Shown one piece after another: positions 25,811-37,517 of a stretch of 64,000 nt of DNA. Source of the stretch: Candidatus Sericytochromatia bacterium (lineage in GTDB: Bacteria > Cyanobacteriota > Sericytochromatia > S15B-MN24 > UBA4093); assembly GCA_036676495.1 (NCBI GenBank), contig JAKFCT010000091.1:34897-98896 (forward strand), read 5' to 3'. The notes under the pieces are model-generated. The model was given only the letters and a program-made list of their open reading frames with translations, was not told where the DNA came from and searched no databases. How positions within the stretch are numbered: position 1 is the stretch's first letter; the number at the start of each line of letters is the position of its first letter. The translations under genes and the position numbers were made by a program.

Positions 25811-27865
25811 TCAGCCCTCTTCTCGCACGAGCGGCAAGCTGAACCAGAAGGTGCTGCCTTTTCCCGGCCCTTCGCTCCGGGCCCCGATGCTGCCGCCGTG
25901 GGCTTCGACGATGAACTTGCAGATGGAGAGCCCGAGCCCCGTGCCTCCCACGGTCCGTGTCGAGGTCATGTCGAGCTGGACGAAGCGCCGGAAGATCTTG
26001 GGGAGGTCTTCCTCGGCGATGCCGATGCCGGTGTCGGTGATTTCCGTGATCAGCCGGTCCTCCTGCGCGTAGGCCTTGATCGTGACGTGTCCTCCGGTGG
26101 GCGTGAACTTGATGGCGTTGTCCAGCAGGTTGCTGATGACCTGGGTGATGCGCTGGCCGTCGATCAGCACCTCTCCGCCGACCTGGAGGTCGGCTTCCAG
26201 GCGGATCCGCTTGTCCTCGGCGAGGGGGCGCAGGCTGTGGAGGACGTGGGCGACCAGGGAGGGGTACGCGGTGGCGGAGGGCTGGATCGACAGCTTCCCG
26301 GCGCTCATGCGGCTCATCTCCACCAGGTTGTTCACGTGGAAGAGCATGCGATCGGCGCCGTTGAGGATCTTCTTCACGTAGGATTGCTGCGTCTCGTTGA
26401 GGGGGCCGGCCACCTCGTCGTCGAGGATGCTGGCGAAGCCGGTGATGAAGTTGAGGGGCGTGCGCAGCTCGTGGCTGATCACCGCGAGGAAGTCGTCCTT
26501 CATGCGGTCCAGCTTACCGAGGGCGGCGAGCTCGCGCGAGATGGCCTCGATCCGGCGGGGCTCGGTCATGTCGCGGACGACCTTGACGAAGCCGACGAGC
26601 TTTCCCTGGTCGAAGACCGCCGTCACGGCGGTATGGGCCCAGAAGCGCTCGCCGTTCTTGCGGATGCGCCAGCCGTCGTCCTCGACGCTTCCTTCGGCGA
26701 TCGCCCGCTCGAGGAGGCGCTCGGGCTTGCCGGCTGCGGCGTCCTCGGGCAGATGAAAGAAGGCATTCGGCTGGCCGAGGATCTCCGCCTCGGAGTAGCC
26801 GCTGATCGCCTCGGCGCCCGCGTTCCATGACGTCACGCGGCCCCGGGGGTCGAGCATGTAGATGGCGTACTCTTCGACGTTCTGGACCATGAACTCGAAC
26901 TCGCGCCGCTGCAAGCGCCGGAGCCGCTCGAGCTCCTGGTTGCTCTCGCGCAGCTCTTGCTCCTGGCGCTTCATGTCCGTGAGGTCGAGGATGGTCGTGC
27001 CCAGGTAGCGCTGGCCGTCGGGGAGCCGGAACGGAAACTTCATGCTCAGCCAGATCTTGGTTTGCCCGTTGGGCAGGGTGGTGCTCTCCTCGAAGGTCAT
27101 GGCCCGGTCCTCGGCGAGGACCCGCTGCTCGTTCTCGCGGATCTGCCGCTCATCCTCCGCTGGGAGCCCGGGGAGGGCGATCATGCCGATCGCCTCCGCT
27201 GCCGGGATGCCGAAGAGCGTCTCGAAGTTGCGGCTGACGAAGACGATGCGGCCGGAGGCGTCCTTCATGAGGGAGGCGCTGGGGCTGTGATCCATGAAGG
27301 CCGCGAAGAGCGCCTCGCGCTGGCGGAGCGCTTCTCCGCGCTTGGCGAGCTCGGCTTCCATGTGCATCTGCTCGGAGACCTCGTTGCCCAGGACGAGGAT
27401 CCCCAGGATGGTGCCGTTCTTGGCCTTCAGGGCCTGGATGTCGAGGTCCCAGAAGCTGGCGTGAGGGCCCTCCGCATCCGAGTAGGTGAACGGGAAGCGG
27501 CGGGCTTGGAAGGGCAGGCCCGTCGTGAGGACCTGGTGGAGCGGGCCCTCGATCTGATCCTCCGTGCCGTGGAAGACCTCGAAGAGCGGCTTGCCGAGAA
27601 AGTCCGCGACGGATCTCCGGAAGAGCTGGGCGTAGTTCGCGTTGACCCGCCGGTAGACCAGGTTCCGGTCCAGGTAGCAGAAGGCGCCCGGGAAGATCGC
27701 GATGAGCTGCTCGAGGAGCCGGTCGAGCTGGTCGCGCTCCTCGGTGAGCGCGCCGATCCGAGCGGCCTCGTCGGCCTCGACCTGGTCCTTGGCTCTCAAG
27801 GCCTGCTCGAGACGATGGCGGCGGCGGGACTCCTCCCGGAGCAACTGAGAGCAATCGCGTGGCAT
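25811..27865 (-). CDS. Cytoplasmic multi-PAS sensor histidine kinase
   Basis: Three PAS/PAC units, SHELRTPL, NLLDNAIKFT, DTGIGI, GTGLGL; no TM, no adjacent response regulator. Confidence 0.92.
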   Translation of the reverse strand: MPRDCSQLLREESRRRHRLEQALRAKDQVEADEAARIGALTEERDQLDRLLEQLIAIFPGAFCYLDRNLVYRRVNANYAQLFRRSVADFLGKPLFEVFHGTEDQIEGPLHQVLTTGLPFQARRFPFTYSDAEGPHASFWDLDIQALKAKNGTILGILVLGNEVSEQMHMEAELAKRGEALRQREALFAAFMDHSPSASLMKDASGRIVFVSRNFETLFGIPAAEAIGMIALPGLPAEDERQIRENEQRVLAEDRAMTFEESTTLPNGQTKIWLSMKFPFRLPDGQRYLGTTILDLTDMKRQEQELRESNQELERLRRLQRREFEFMVQNVEEYAIYMLDPRGRVTSWNAGAEAISGYSEAEILGQPNAFFHLPEDAAAGKPERLLERAIAEGSVEDDGWRIRKNGERFWAHTAVTAVFDQGKLVGFVKVVRDMTEPRRIEAISRELAALGKLDRMKDDFLAVISHELRTPLNFITGFASILDDEVAGPLNETQQSYVKKILNGADRMLFHVNNLVEMSRMSAGKLSIQPSATAYPSLVAHVLHSLRPLAEDKRIRLEADLQVGGEVLIDGQRITQVISNLLDNAIKFTPTGGHVTIKAYAQEDRLITEITDTGIGIAEEDLPKIFRRFVQLDMTSTRTVGGTGLGLSICKFIVEAHGGSIGARSEGPGKGSTFWFSLPLVREEG

Positions 27866-27929
27866 GGGCCGTGCCTCCCCCGGGGTCTGCTGCTGGGATC
27901 ATACGCAAGCGGGGCGTGCGCAGCAACGC

Positions 27930-30209
27930 TCAGCCGTGCGTGAGCGCCCTCCGGGGCGGGGTTCGCGGCAAGGTGAACCAGAAGGTGCTTCCCTTGCCTT
28001 GTTCGCTGGAGACCCCGATCTCCCCGCCATGCGCTTCCACCAGGGCCTTGGAGATGCTCAGGCCCAGCCCGGTGCCGCTCGTCTGGCGCATGCCGGGCGC
28101 CAGCTGGCTGAAGCGCTGGAAGAGCTTCATGAGGTCCTGGGGAGGGATCCCGATCCCCGTGTCCCGGATCGCGCAGCGGAGCCGCTCCCCCTGGACCTCC
28201 GCGCTGACCTCGACGCGGCCTCCGGCCGCCGTGAACTTGATGGCATTGCCAATCAGGTTCATCAGGATGCGCTCGATCCGGGAGGGATCCATCCATGCGA
28301 CGAGGGGCTGTTCGGGAAGCCGGTCCTCGAGCGCGACGTGGGCTTCGTCGGCAATCGGGCGGAGGCTGTCGAGGACCTCGCGGGCCAGCGCGCCGAGATC
28401 CGCTTCCTTGGGGGTGAGCTTGAAGGTCCCGGCGTCCATGCGGGCGAAGTCCAAGAGGTCGTCCACGAGCCGCTCCAAGCGCGACGCGTTGCGCTGGATT
28501 TGCTGCACGAACTCATGCTGCGTCGCGGTCAGTGCTCCTCCGACCGCATCCTCCAGGAACTCGGCGTACCCCACGATCGAGGTCAGGGGAGTGCGCAGGT
28601 CATGGGAGATCGCGTTGACGAAGTTGCTCTTGAGGGCGTCCAATTCCTGGAGCTTGCGGTTCTGCTCCCGGAGACCCTCCTCTTGCCGCTTGCGCTCGGT
28701 GATGTCCCGGATGAACCAGACCCGGCCGAAGTACTCGTCCTGGCTGGAGACGACCGGCGCGGTGTAGCGCTCGAAGGTCCGGCCATCCTTCAAGGCGATC
28801 TCGCTCCGGAGCCGGGTGACGCGGTCGAGCCGGAGGATCTCCTGGGGAATCATGTCCCGGGCGGGATCCATGACGAGCGTACAGACGAAATCCAGCATCG
28901 CGTCGGCGCTGCGGGTCGCCATCACCGCGTCCGGGATGCCCCAGAGCTCCTGGTAGCGGCGGTTGTAGGCGAGCACCCGGCCGTTCTCGTCCACGACCAG
29001 GATGCCGTCGAGATCCGCTTCCTGCTCCGCCTGCAGGACGGCATGGCTGCGCCTCAGCGCGCGCTCGGCCTCGTGCAGCTCGGTGATGTCCAGGGCGACG
29101 CCGAAAGCCCGGATGGGCTGTCCCGAGGCGTCCCGCTCCACATGGCCCTTGCTGCTCAGGTAGCGCGTCGAGCCATCCGGGCGGAGGATCCGGTACTGGT
29201 AGGCGACGGGCCCGCCATCCTGGCGGGCTTGACGCCAGATGGCCCGGATCCGCGCGCGATCCTCGGGGTGCACCCGGGCGATGAAGCTCTCATAGGTGAG
29301 TTCGCACGCCTGGGGGGCGAGTCCGAAGATCGCGTAGAGTTCGTTCGACCAGGTGACGCGGTTGGCCGCGATATCCCATTCCCAGCTCCCCAGGTGCGCG
29401 AGCCGCTGGGCTTCCTCGAGCCGGGCCTCCTGCTGTCGCAGGCGCGCTTCGACGGCTTTGAGCCCGGTGATGTCCCGGCTGATCCCCATGACCCCCAGGA
29501 TGGTGCCGTCCTTCCCGAGGTACGGGAACTTCCCCACCGCGTGGATGCGCGTGGCTCCGTCCCGGCGCGTGAGCACCTCCTCGACGATGACGGGGGCTCC
29601 GGTCCGCATGACCTCCATGTCGACTTCGCGAAGCTGTCGGGCGGTCTCGGCGCTGAAGCGGTCGGTGTCGCGCTTGCCCACCACCGAGTCGAGGTCGGGA
29701 TCCTGGAACTCCGCGCTTTTGGGGTTGGCCAGCAGGTAGCGCCCTTGTCGGTCTTTGACGAAGATCGCGTCGGTGCTGTTGGCGATCAGGGCTTCGAGCA
29801 TGTCCTGGTGATCGCGGAGGCTGTTCTCGCGTTGCTTCGCCTCCGTCTGATCGAGCAGGCTCCCTCCGTAGCCGAGCAGGCCTGCGTCCGGGTCGTGGTC
29901 AGGCTGGGCGACGATCCGCACCCAGCGCAGGGCGCCGGCGGGGGTGCGCAGCCGGCATTCCGCCGTGAAGGGCTCGATTTTCGCCACCGCATGGCGCCAG
30001 GCGTCGCGGAGGGCCTCGCGATCCTCGGGGTGAATGACGTCCAGCCAGGCTTCGCCTGAAGCTTGCTGCGCGCTCAAGCCCGTCAGGGAGATCCATGCCG
30101 GGTTGACGGCCTGAATCTCGCCGCGGGCGTCCGCGTGGAACAGTGCGACCGGCACGGAGCGCGTCCCGTGCAGCCAGACGGCTCGGTCAAACTCGGCAAC
30201 CATCCTCAC
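27930..30209 (-). CDS. Cytoplasmic multi-PAS sensor histidine kinase
   Basis: Four PAS units (IHPEDR, VHPEDR), SHDLRTPL, NLIGNAIKFT, GTGLGL. Start GTG 30209 or ATG 30203. Confidence 0.92.
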   Translation of the reverse strand: MRMVAEFDRAVWLHGTRSVPVALFHADARGEIQAVNPAWISLTGLSAQQASGEAWLDVIHPEDREALRDAWRHAVAKIEPFTAECRLRTPAGALRWVRIVAQPDHDPDAGLLGYGGSLLDQTEAKQRENSLRDHQDMLEALIANSTDAIFVKDRQGRYLLANPKSAEFQDPDLDSVVGKRDTDRFSAETARQLREVDMEVMRTGAPVIVEEVLTRRDGATRIHAVGKFPYLGKDGTILGVMGISRDITGLKAVEARLRQQEARLEEAQRLAHLGSWEWDIAANRVTWSNELYAIFGLAPQACELTYESFIARVHPEDRARIRAIWRQARQDGGPVAYQYRILRPDGSTRYLSSKGHVERDASGQPIRAFGVALDITELHEAERALRRSHAVLQAEQEADLDGILVVDENGRVLAYNRRYQELWGIPDAVMATRSADAMLDFVCTLVMDPARDMIPQEILRLDRVTRLRSEIALKDGRTFERYTAPVVSSQDEYFGRVWFIRDITERKRQEEGLREQNRKLQELDALKSNFVNAISHDLRTPLTSIVGYAEFLEDAVGGALTATQHEFVQQIQRNASRLERLVDDLLDFARMDAGTFKLTPKEADLGALAREVLDSLRPIADEAHVALEDRLPEQPLVAWMDPSRIERILMNLIGNAIKFTAAGGRVEVSAEVQGERLRCAIRDTGIGIPPQDLMKLFQRFSQLAPGMRQTSGTGLGLSISKALVEAHGGEIGVSSEQGKGSTFWFTLPRTPPRRALTHG

Positions 30210-30303
30210 AGATCCCGCCTTTCCGGTTCGGGTTCACCGCCCCAGTATCTCATGACGGGATGCGGCTGTGAGCGAACGCATGGGCGTTTCGGATCCGAGA
30301 AGC

Positions 30304-30397
30304 GCGATCAGTCCTGTTTCGGCACCGGAGAGCGCCTGCGGCTGGTGCCGAGGCGCCTCGGCTTGGAGGGGCGATCAGTCCTGTTTCGGCACCGGAG
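30304..30397. repeat. 27-bp direct repeat duplicating the 3' end of rlmB
   Basis: GCGATCAGTCCTGTTTCGGCACCGGAG at 30304-30330 and 30371-30397; the second copy contains the rlmB stop. Confidence 0.9.
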
Positions 30398-31358
30398 GAG
30401 GAACCAGGCTCGGGTCCCGGGTGACCCGCTGGCGCACGATTTCGTACATGAGCACGCCACCGGCTACCGAGGCGTTGAGAGACGGCACCTGTCCCAGGAG
30501 GGGCAGGCGCACGATGAAGTCGCATTTCTCGGAGACCAACCGCCCCATGCCCGCGCCTTCGCTTCCCACCACCAGGGCGATGGGACCGGTCATGTCGACC
30601 TCGTAAGGCAGGTGGGGCCCTTCGGCCTCCGCGCCGACCACCCAGAAGCCGGCCTCCTTGAGGTCCTCGATGGCGCGGACCAGGTTGGTCACCCGAGCTA
30701 CCGGAGTGTAGGCCACGGCTCCCGCCGAGCTCTTTTCGACCGTGCCCGTGAGGCCCACCGCCCGGCGCTGGGGGATGATCACCCCGTGCGCGCCCGCTCC
30801 GTTGGCCGTGCGGATCAGCGCTCCCAGGTTATGGGGATCCTCGATCCCGTCGAGCACCACCACCAGGGGCCGCGGCTGGGCCATGGCCTGGGCCACCAGC
30901 TCGTCGAAGTCGGTGTAGGAGGTGGCGGCAACCGAGGCGATCAGACCTTGATGGGCCTCTCCGTTGGCGAGCTGATCGAGCTTGCCGCGATCCACCAGCT
31001 GCACGATGGCGCCCTTGGGCTTGGCGAGCTTGCGGACCTGGGCGAAGAGGCTGTCGCGCTCGAGGGAGCGCAAGAGCCAGACCTTGTTGACGGGGCGATC
31101 GCCCTCCAGCACGGCCAAGACCGCATGCCGCCCCCAGATCAGATCCCGGTTTTCCGAGCCGCCGGCGCTATTTTCCGAGCCGCCTTCTTCGGAGGCAGCC
31201 GCCTCGACGCGCTCCTTGCGCGGAGGCCGCGCCTGCGGGCCATGACGCTCGGGCCGCGGGCCGCGGTTCGAACCCGCGTCCTGGGAGGGCTTGGAGCCCC
31301 GGGGGCCGCGATTCCCATTCGAAGGGCCCTTCGGCCGGTTAGTGGGACGATCCGCCAT
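30375..31358 (-). CDS. rlmB: 23S rRNA (guanosine-2'-O)-methyltransferase RlmB (SpoU family)
   Basis: IWGRHAV, HQG, LDGIEDPHNLGALIRTA, VGSEGAG, SLNASVA; low-complexity N-terminal extension. Confidence 0.95.
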   Translation of the reverse strand: MADRPTNRPKGPSNGNRGPRGSKPSQDAGSNRGPRPERHGPQARPPRKERVEAAASEEGGSENSAGGSENRDLIWGRHAVLAVLEGDRPVNKVWLLRSLERDSLFAQVRKLAKPKGAIVQLVDRGKLDQLANGEAHQGLIASVAATSYTDFDELVAQAMAQPRPLVVVLDGIEDPHNLGALIRTANGAGAHGVIIPQRRAVGLTGTVEKSSAGAVAYTPVARVTNLVRAIEDLKEAGFWVVGAEAEGPHLPYEVDMTGPIALVVGSEGAGMGRLVSEKCDFIVRLPLLGQVPSLNASVAGGVLMYEIVRQRVTRDPSLVPPPVPKQD

Positions 31359-31775
31359 GGGGGGCTTCCTCCTTCGTGTCGTTTTGAGCCGTAGAGGCGT
31401 CTGAGTCGCCGGCGCTGCGATCCATGAAGGCGTCGACCGCTTCCAGGATGGCCTCTAGCCGTGCGTTGTCCTGTTTGAGGTAGAGATGACCGATCAGGGC
31501 CTCGAAGGCCGTCGAGTAGCGGTACTCCGCGACCGAGGCGCTCCGGGGCACGGCCGTCTTGAGGTTCCGCGCCCGCCGGACCACATCGGCCTCGGCCTCG
31601 GTGAGGGTCGGCATGAGGTCCCGGAGCGCGGCGGCCTGCGCGGAGGCCTTCACCTTGGAGACCTTCGCGCGGTGCAGCTGCTCGACGGGGATGGCTTCGG
31701 TCAAGAGCCGCTTGCGGACATGCAGCTCGTAGACGGCGTCGCCCAGGTAGGCGAGGTGGCGTGGGGAAAGCAGGG

Positions 31776-31779
<4 letters not shown>
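31339..31779 (-). CDS. mrnC: Mini-ribonuclease III
   Basis: LAYLGDAVYELHVR, VKASAQA, VVRRARN, EYRYSTAFEALIGHLYL; lies between cysS and rlmB. Only CTG codons are available as starts upstream of the conserved motif. Confidence 0.88.
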
Positions 31780-33269
<1,490 letters not shown>

Positions 33270-33411
33270 GGGTCATTCTCTCCGATCGTCGTGCGGGCCG
33301 CGGGGCTCTGAAACCATGATTCTAGCACGCGGCAGGCGGACAGCGGCTATGCGCCCCTTCCGCGCGCCGGATCCGAGCCGGAGGGATGAGCGTCTTCAGG
33401 TTCGGAGCATG

Positions 33412-33457
33412 GAGCCGCCCCCTCCGGAAGGCGATCACCTTCCGGAGGGGGCGGCTC
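33412..33457 (-). terminator. 20-bp stem-loop downstream of the DUF2892 gene
   Basis: GAGCCGCCCCCTCCGGAAGG-CGATCA-CCTTCCGGAGGGGGCGGCTC. Confidence 0.7.
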
Positions 33458-33471
33458 GGGTTTGGAGAGGG

Positions 33472-33687
33472 TTAGGCCTCGTCGTTGGTGGTCCGGATGC
33501 CGAAGGGCATGTAGAGGGGGCAGACGCCGACGACTCCGGTGAACAGCAAGATCCCGCCGAGGACGCCGCAGGCGAGGGCGGCCGTGCCGCCCAGGAAGGT
33601 GTTGACGGGGAACGCGGCGAGGAAGAGCGTGAGCCCGAAGGTGAGGCGGGTGATCCGGTCGAGGGTGCCGACGTTGATCAGCGACAT
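33472..33687 (-). CDS. DUF2892 / YgaP-like small membrane protein
   Basis: NVGTLDRITR...TGVVGVCPLYMPFGIRT; RBS AAGGA before ATG 33687. Confidence 0.88.
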   Translation of the reverse strand: MSLINVGTLDRITRLTFGLTLFLAAFPVNTFLGGTAALACGVLGGILLFTGVVGVCPLYMPFGIRTTNDEA

Positions 33688-34027
33688 GGGTGATTCCTTT
33701 CTCGGACAGGCTGGAGAGACGATGCTGATCTTGGTGTAGCGCATGGCCGGTCCGGGGGCTACCGTAGAAACCGCCGAATCTGTCGCGGGCTCGTCTCATG
33801 TTTCCCGCTCAAAAGCATGGATGAGGGGCCGAGGAACGTCGTCGCCAAGCGGCTCGCAGGCATCGAGGGGATGCCAAGGCTTTCTTGACAGGCTGATGGC
33901 GGATCGTCATGATTTTGGGGCGCTTCGAGGGGGAGTCGCCGCGGGTCCCGCCAGCCTTCACCCTCGTCAGGGCGGTCTTTGGCCCGGCATGACGCGAGAC
34001 GCGAGTTTGATAAGGAACGCTTGGCAC

Positions 34028-34669
34028 ATGAAAAAGATTCGTCTATACGAGGTGCTCCGTTACGGGATTGAGGCCACGCAGCGGCACGCGGCCTACTGGC
34101 TTTTGCCCGCCTTGCTCTTCACGCTCGCGGGAGAGGGGCTTGGGAGGTGGATGGACGGGGTGCCCGAGGAGAACCTTCTCCGCCTATTGCTCGGCCTCTT
34201 CGGAGTGCTCGCAGCGTCCTTCTTCTTCTCGCTGGGCATGACCCGCGGAGCGCTGGCCGCCTACGACCGGGCCGACCTCCATGCGGGAGCCTTCTTCGAC
34301 TTCTCCCGGCATCCGGGCCGTTTCCTCGGGGTCTCCCTGCTGCTGGCACTGGCAACGACGCTCGGGATCGTCTCGTTGCTGGTTCCCGCGCTCTTCGTCC
34401 TGGCTTTCGCGGGCTTCGCTCTCTGGTTCGTCGCGGATCAGGGACTGGGGCCGGTCTCCGCGTTTCGGAAGAGCTGGGCCATGACCCGGGGCAACCGTGG
34501 CACGATCCTGGTTTTCACGGTGGTGATGCTGGCGCCCAGCGCGCTTGCGGGCTTCCTTCACGACATGGGGCTTGCGGGGCTGAGCGCGGCGCTCTTGCTC
34601 GAAGCCGCTTTGCTGCCGATCTTCCTCAACGCGTCCACGTACATCTACCGCCAGCTCGAGGCCTCCTAG
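34028..34669 (+). CDS. Integral membrane protein (UPF0259/DUF975-like)
   Basis: Several TM helices; GPVSAFRKSWAMTRGN motif typical of this membrane family; C-terminal YRQL. Confidence 0.7.
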   Translation: MKKIRLYEVLRYGIEATQRHAAYWLLPALLFTLAGEGLGRWMDGVPEENLLRLLLGLFGVLAASFFFSLGMTRGALAAYDRADLHAGAFFDFSRHPGRFLGVSLLLALATTLGIVSLLVPALFVLAFAGFALWFVADQGLGPVSAFRKSWAMTRGNRGTILVFTVVMLAPSALAGFLHDMGLAGLSAALLLEAALLPIFLNASTYIYRQLEAS

Positions 34670-34722
34670 ATAGGAGGGGGGTTACAAGCCGCCGGCGAAT
34701 GGGTCTAGCGGCATGCGAACGC

Positions 34723-35325
34723 TCAGATCGAGCGCTTGGGCAGCTTCCAGTCCCAGGCGACGGAGGCCATGCGCAGGATCACGATCGCGACGAGCAGGCC
34801 CAGGAGCGAGAAGGAATCCTGGGGCCAGCCGAGCCCGATGGCCAGGGCGGCGGCCATGGCCCAGATCCCGTAAAGCGGGTGCTGGTGCTGGAAGACCATG
34901 GGCTTGCGGTGGGCCAAGAGATCGCGGATGATGCCGCCGCCCGCGCCGGTCAGGAGGGCGGAAACCACCACGGCCGGCAGGGAGAAGCCGAGCTCCTTGG
35001 CCATGATCGCGGCCTGGATCGCGAAGGCGCCGAGGCCGATGGCGTCCAAGAGGACGGCGGGACGCTGCCAGCGGGCGATCGCCCTTCGCGGTAGGCAGAA
35101 GACGATCAGGATCCCCACGAGCGCGGTCGTGAGCAAGTGGGGCTCGGCCCAGACGTGCGAGGCGGGTTGTCCCAGGAGGATGTTGCGGAGCACGCCGCCT
35201 CCGAACGAGGTCGCGAAGCCGAGGAAGAGCACGCCCAGGAGATCGTAGCCTTCCTCCATGGCGACGAGGGCGCCGGAGGACGCGAAGGCGAGCACCCCGA
35301 TGACGTTGAGCCAGTCCCATTCCAT
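34723..35325 (-). CDS. Trimeric intracellular cation channel family (UPF0126/YadS) protein
   Basis: IGVLAFASSGA, GGGVLRNILLG, LDAIGLGAF, TGAGGGIIRDLL. Confidence 0.9.
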   Translation of the reverse strand: MEWDWLNVIGVLAFASSGALVAMEEGYDLLGVLFLGFATSFGGGVLRNILLGQPASHVWAEPHLLTTALVGILIVFCLPRRAIARWQRPAVLLDAIGLGAFAIQAAIMAKELGFSLPAVVVSALLTGAGGGIIRDLLAHRKPMVFQHQHPLYGIWAMAAALAIGLGWPQDSFSLLGLLVAIVILRMASVAWDWKLPKRSI

Positions 35326-35343
35326 TGATCGATTACCGGGTTT

Positions 35344-36252
35344 CTAGAAGACCGCCTCGACGCCCCGGACTCCCGGGACGCGCTGCTTGAGCTGGGCTTC
35401 GAGGCCCAGTTTGAGGGTGACGGTAGAGCTGGGGCAGGTGCCGCAGGCGCCTTGCAGCCGAACTTTGACGATGCCGGCGTCGATCCCGACCAGCTCGACG
35501 TCTCCGCCATCGGCCTGCATGTAGGGGCGCAGCATATCGAGCACGCCCTGGACCTGCCCCGCATCCACGGGGCCTGCGGGCGCGGCGTCGTGGGCCCCGG
35601 CTCCGTGAGCTTCGGCTCCGTGCGTCACGGCGCCGTGCGTCTCGTCCGCATGGCCTTCGGCGCGGCGGAGGGCTTCGAGGCGGGCTTCGGCCTGTTTTCC
35701 CACGGAGGCGGTCGCGAAGGGCGAGACCATCGCCGAGCCGGCGATCCGGCGCGCTTCCTGGAGGCGCTCCTGGAGATCCTGGTTCGAGGCCTCGGAGTCC
35801 AGGGCCGAGAGGGCTGCCACGACTTCCTGGACATGCACGCGCGGGTCCACGTTCTCCCAGACGGCCCGGATGATCCCGTCCGCGTCGATCAGGAAGGTCG
35901 CGCGCGCGACGCTTGCGAAGGTCTTGCCCGCCCATTGCTGCTCGATGGCCGTTCCGAAGGCCTGGGCGATCGCCCCGTCCGTATCGGGAAGCAGGGTGAA
36001 CGGCAAACCGTACTTGCGGGCGAAGGCCGACTGGACGGCGCCCGGGTCGGGGCTCACCCCCACGACCTCGGCCCCGCGCTCGCCGAGGAGGGCCAGGTTG
36101 TCCCGGAAGGAGCAGGCCTCCATGGTGCACGCGGGCGTGTCGCTCTTCGGGAAGAAGTAGAGCACCCGGCGTTTGCCGGCCGCAAGCGAAAACGGAGCGC
36201 CATGGGCGTCGAGGGCGGTCAATGGGGGCATGGGCGAGCCGGGTTGCAGCAT
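35344..36252 (-). CDS. BCP/PrxQ peroxiredoxin fused to C-terminal NifU (Nfu) domain
   Basis: [32 protein letters not shown]; then [15 protein letters not shown]...[17 protein letters not shown]. Confidence 0.85.
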   Translation of the reverse strand: MLQPGSPMPPLTALDAHGAPFSLAAGKRRVLYFFPKSDTPACTMEACSFRDNLALLGERGAEVVGVSPDPGAVQSAFARKYGLPFTLLPDTDGAIAQAFGTAIEQQWAGKTFASVARATFLIDADGIIRAVWENVDPRVHVQEVVAALSALDSEASNQDLQERLQEARRIAGSAMVSPFATASVGKQAEARLEALRRAEGHADETHGAVTHGAEAHGAGAHDAAPAGPVDAGQVQGVLDMLRPYMQADGGDVELVGIDAGIVKVRLQGACGTCPSSTVTLKLGLEAQLKQRVPGVRGVEAVF

Positions 36253-36469
36253 GGAAGTCCTCCTCGAGCCATTCTAGCAGGATCCCGGGCCTTTTTCGCC
36301 TGCGATGCGGGAACGCGTGCGGGGATCCGGGGACCAGGGTGAGAAGCCTCCGGAGCGGCGGCCTCGCCCGCCGGGGTGATCGCTCTCCTTGCGCTTGAAA
36401 TACCGATGAAACGATGGGAACCTAGACTGGTCCCCACAAGGTAACGGAAATGCGCGCGAAGGAGGCAAC

Positions 36470-37126
36470 GTGAACCCGGCGGAACTCATCCTGGCCCTGG
36501 GCATGGCTGGCGGCGACTGGGTCCTGTACCTGCTCCTGATCCTCTCCATGCTCTCCGTGACCCTCATCCTCGAACGCGCCGCCTACTTCTGGCTCAACCG
36601 CGAGCCCTTCGGCACGCTCATGAGCGAGGGGATCCAGGCGATCGCCCGCCAGGACCTCGCGAAAGCCTCCGCCAGCGACAAGGGCCCCGTCGGACGCCTC
36701 TTCGCCGTGGCCGCCGAGAACTGGAACCAGAGCCACCCCCGCTTGCAGGCCACCCTCATGGCGCACCGCCTCCGAGAGCGCGCTTCCGCCGAACGCGGCC
36801 TCGTCCTCCTCGGCACCCTGGGCAACAACGCGCCGTTTATTGGCCTCTTCGGCACGGTCCTGGGCATCATCCGGGCCTTCCGGGACCTGGGCGCCGCCAA
36901 CTCCGTCGGACCCTCCGTCGTCATGACCGGCATCTCCGAAGCCCTGGTCGCCACCGCCGTCGGCATCCTCGTCGCCATCCCCGCGGTCGTCGCTTACAAC
37001 CTCTGCCAGCGAAGCATCCGGGTCATGGATTACCGCCTCGACGAAGCCTCCGAAGCCATCCTGGCCATCGCGTCCGAGACGACCGCCCTCCCCGGAGCCC
37101 AGGAGTCCCTCAGTGGCCGGGTCTAG
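36470..37126 (+). CDS. exbB: MotA/TolQ/ExbB proton channel protein
   Basis: LGTLGNNAPFIGLFGTVLGIIRAF, GISEALVATAVGILVAIPA; RBS AAGGAGG, GTG start. Confidence 0.9.
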   Translation: MNPAELILALGMAGGDWVLYLLLILSMLSVTLILERAAYFWLNREPFGTLMSEGIQAIARQDLAKASASDKGPVGRLFAVAAENWNQSHPRLQATLMAHRLRERASAERGLVLLGTLGNNAPFIGLFGTVLGIIRAFRDLGAANSVGPSVVMTGISEALVATAVGILVAIPAVVAYNLCQRSIRVMDYRLDEASEAILAIASETTALPGAQESLSGRV

Positions 37127-37517
37127 CTACCGCGACGACGATCCGATCATCGACATCAACGTCACCCCTCTGGTCGACGTCGTCCTGGTGCTGCTCATCA
37201 TCTTCCTGGCCACCAGCTACATGATCGCCCAGCAGAGCTTCAAGGTGGAGCTGCCGAAGGCTTCCCAGACCGTCGCCACCGAGGCCCGTACCATCGCCGT
37301 CATGGTCAAGGAGGACGGCACGATCGTGCTCGACGGCCAGCCCGTCAGCCCGGAGGCCCTGGAAGCCGAGCTCTCGACTCGGGTCGCGGCCAATGCCGAG
37401 CTGCAAGTGGTCGTCGGAGCCGACGAGCGGGTGGCCCACGGCCGCGTGGTCACGGTCATGGACGTCGCGCGCCGGGCCGGCGTCTCGAAGCTGGCCTTCG
37501 CAGTCGATCGCCCCTAG
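37113..37517 (+). CDS. exbD: ExbD/TolR biopolymer transport protein
   Basis: INVTPLVDVVLVLLIIF, VELPKA, AD..V.HGRVVTVMD. Confidence 0.92.
   Translation: MAGSSYRDDDPIIDINVTPLVDVVLVLLIIFLATSYMIAQQSFKVELPKASQTVATEARTIAVMVKEDGTIVLDGQPVSPEALEAELSTRVAANAELQVVVGADERVAHGRVVTVMDVARRAGVSKLAFAVDRP

Noticed and set aside
30304-30397. Prophage or ICE attL/attR pair
   Set aside because: Only 40 bp between the repeats and no integrase or phage genes; kept only as a possible scar.
36253-36469. Cobalamin riboswitch or Fur box ahead of exbB-exbD-tonB-TBDR
   Set aside because: No B12-box or GATAATGAT-like palindrome recognised.
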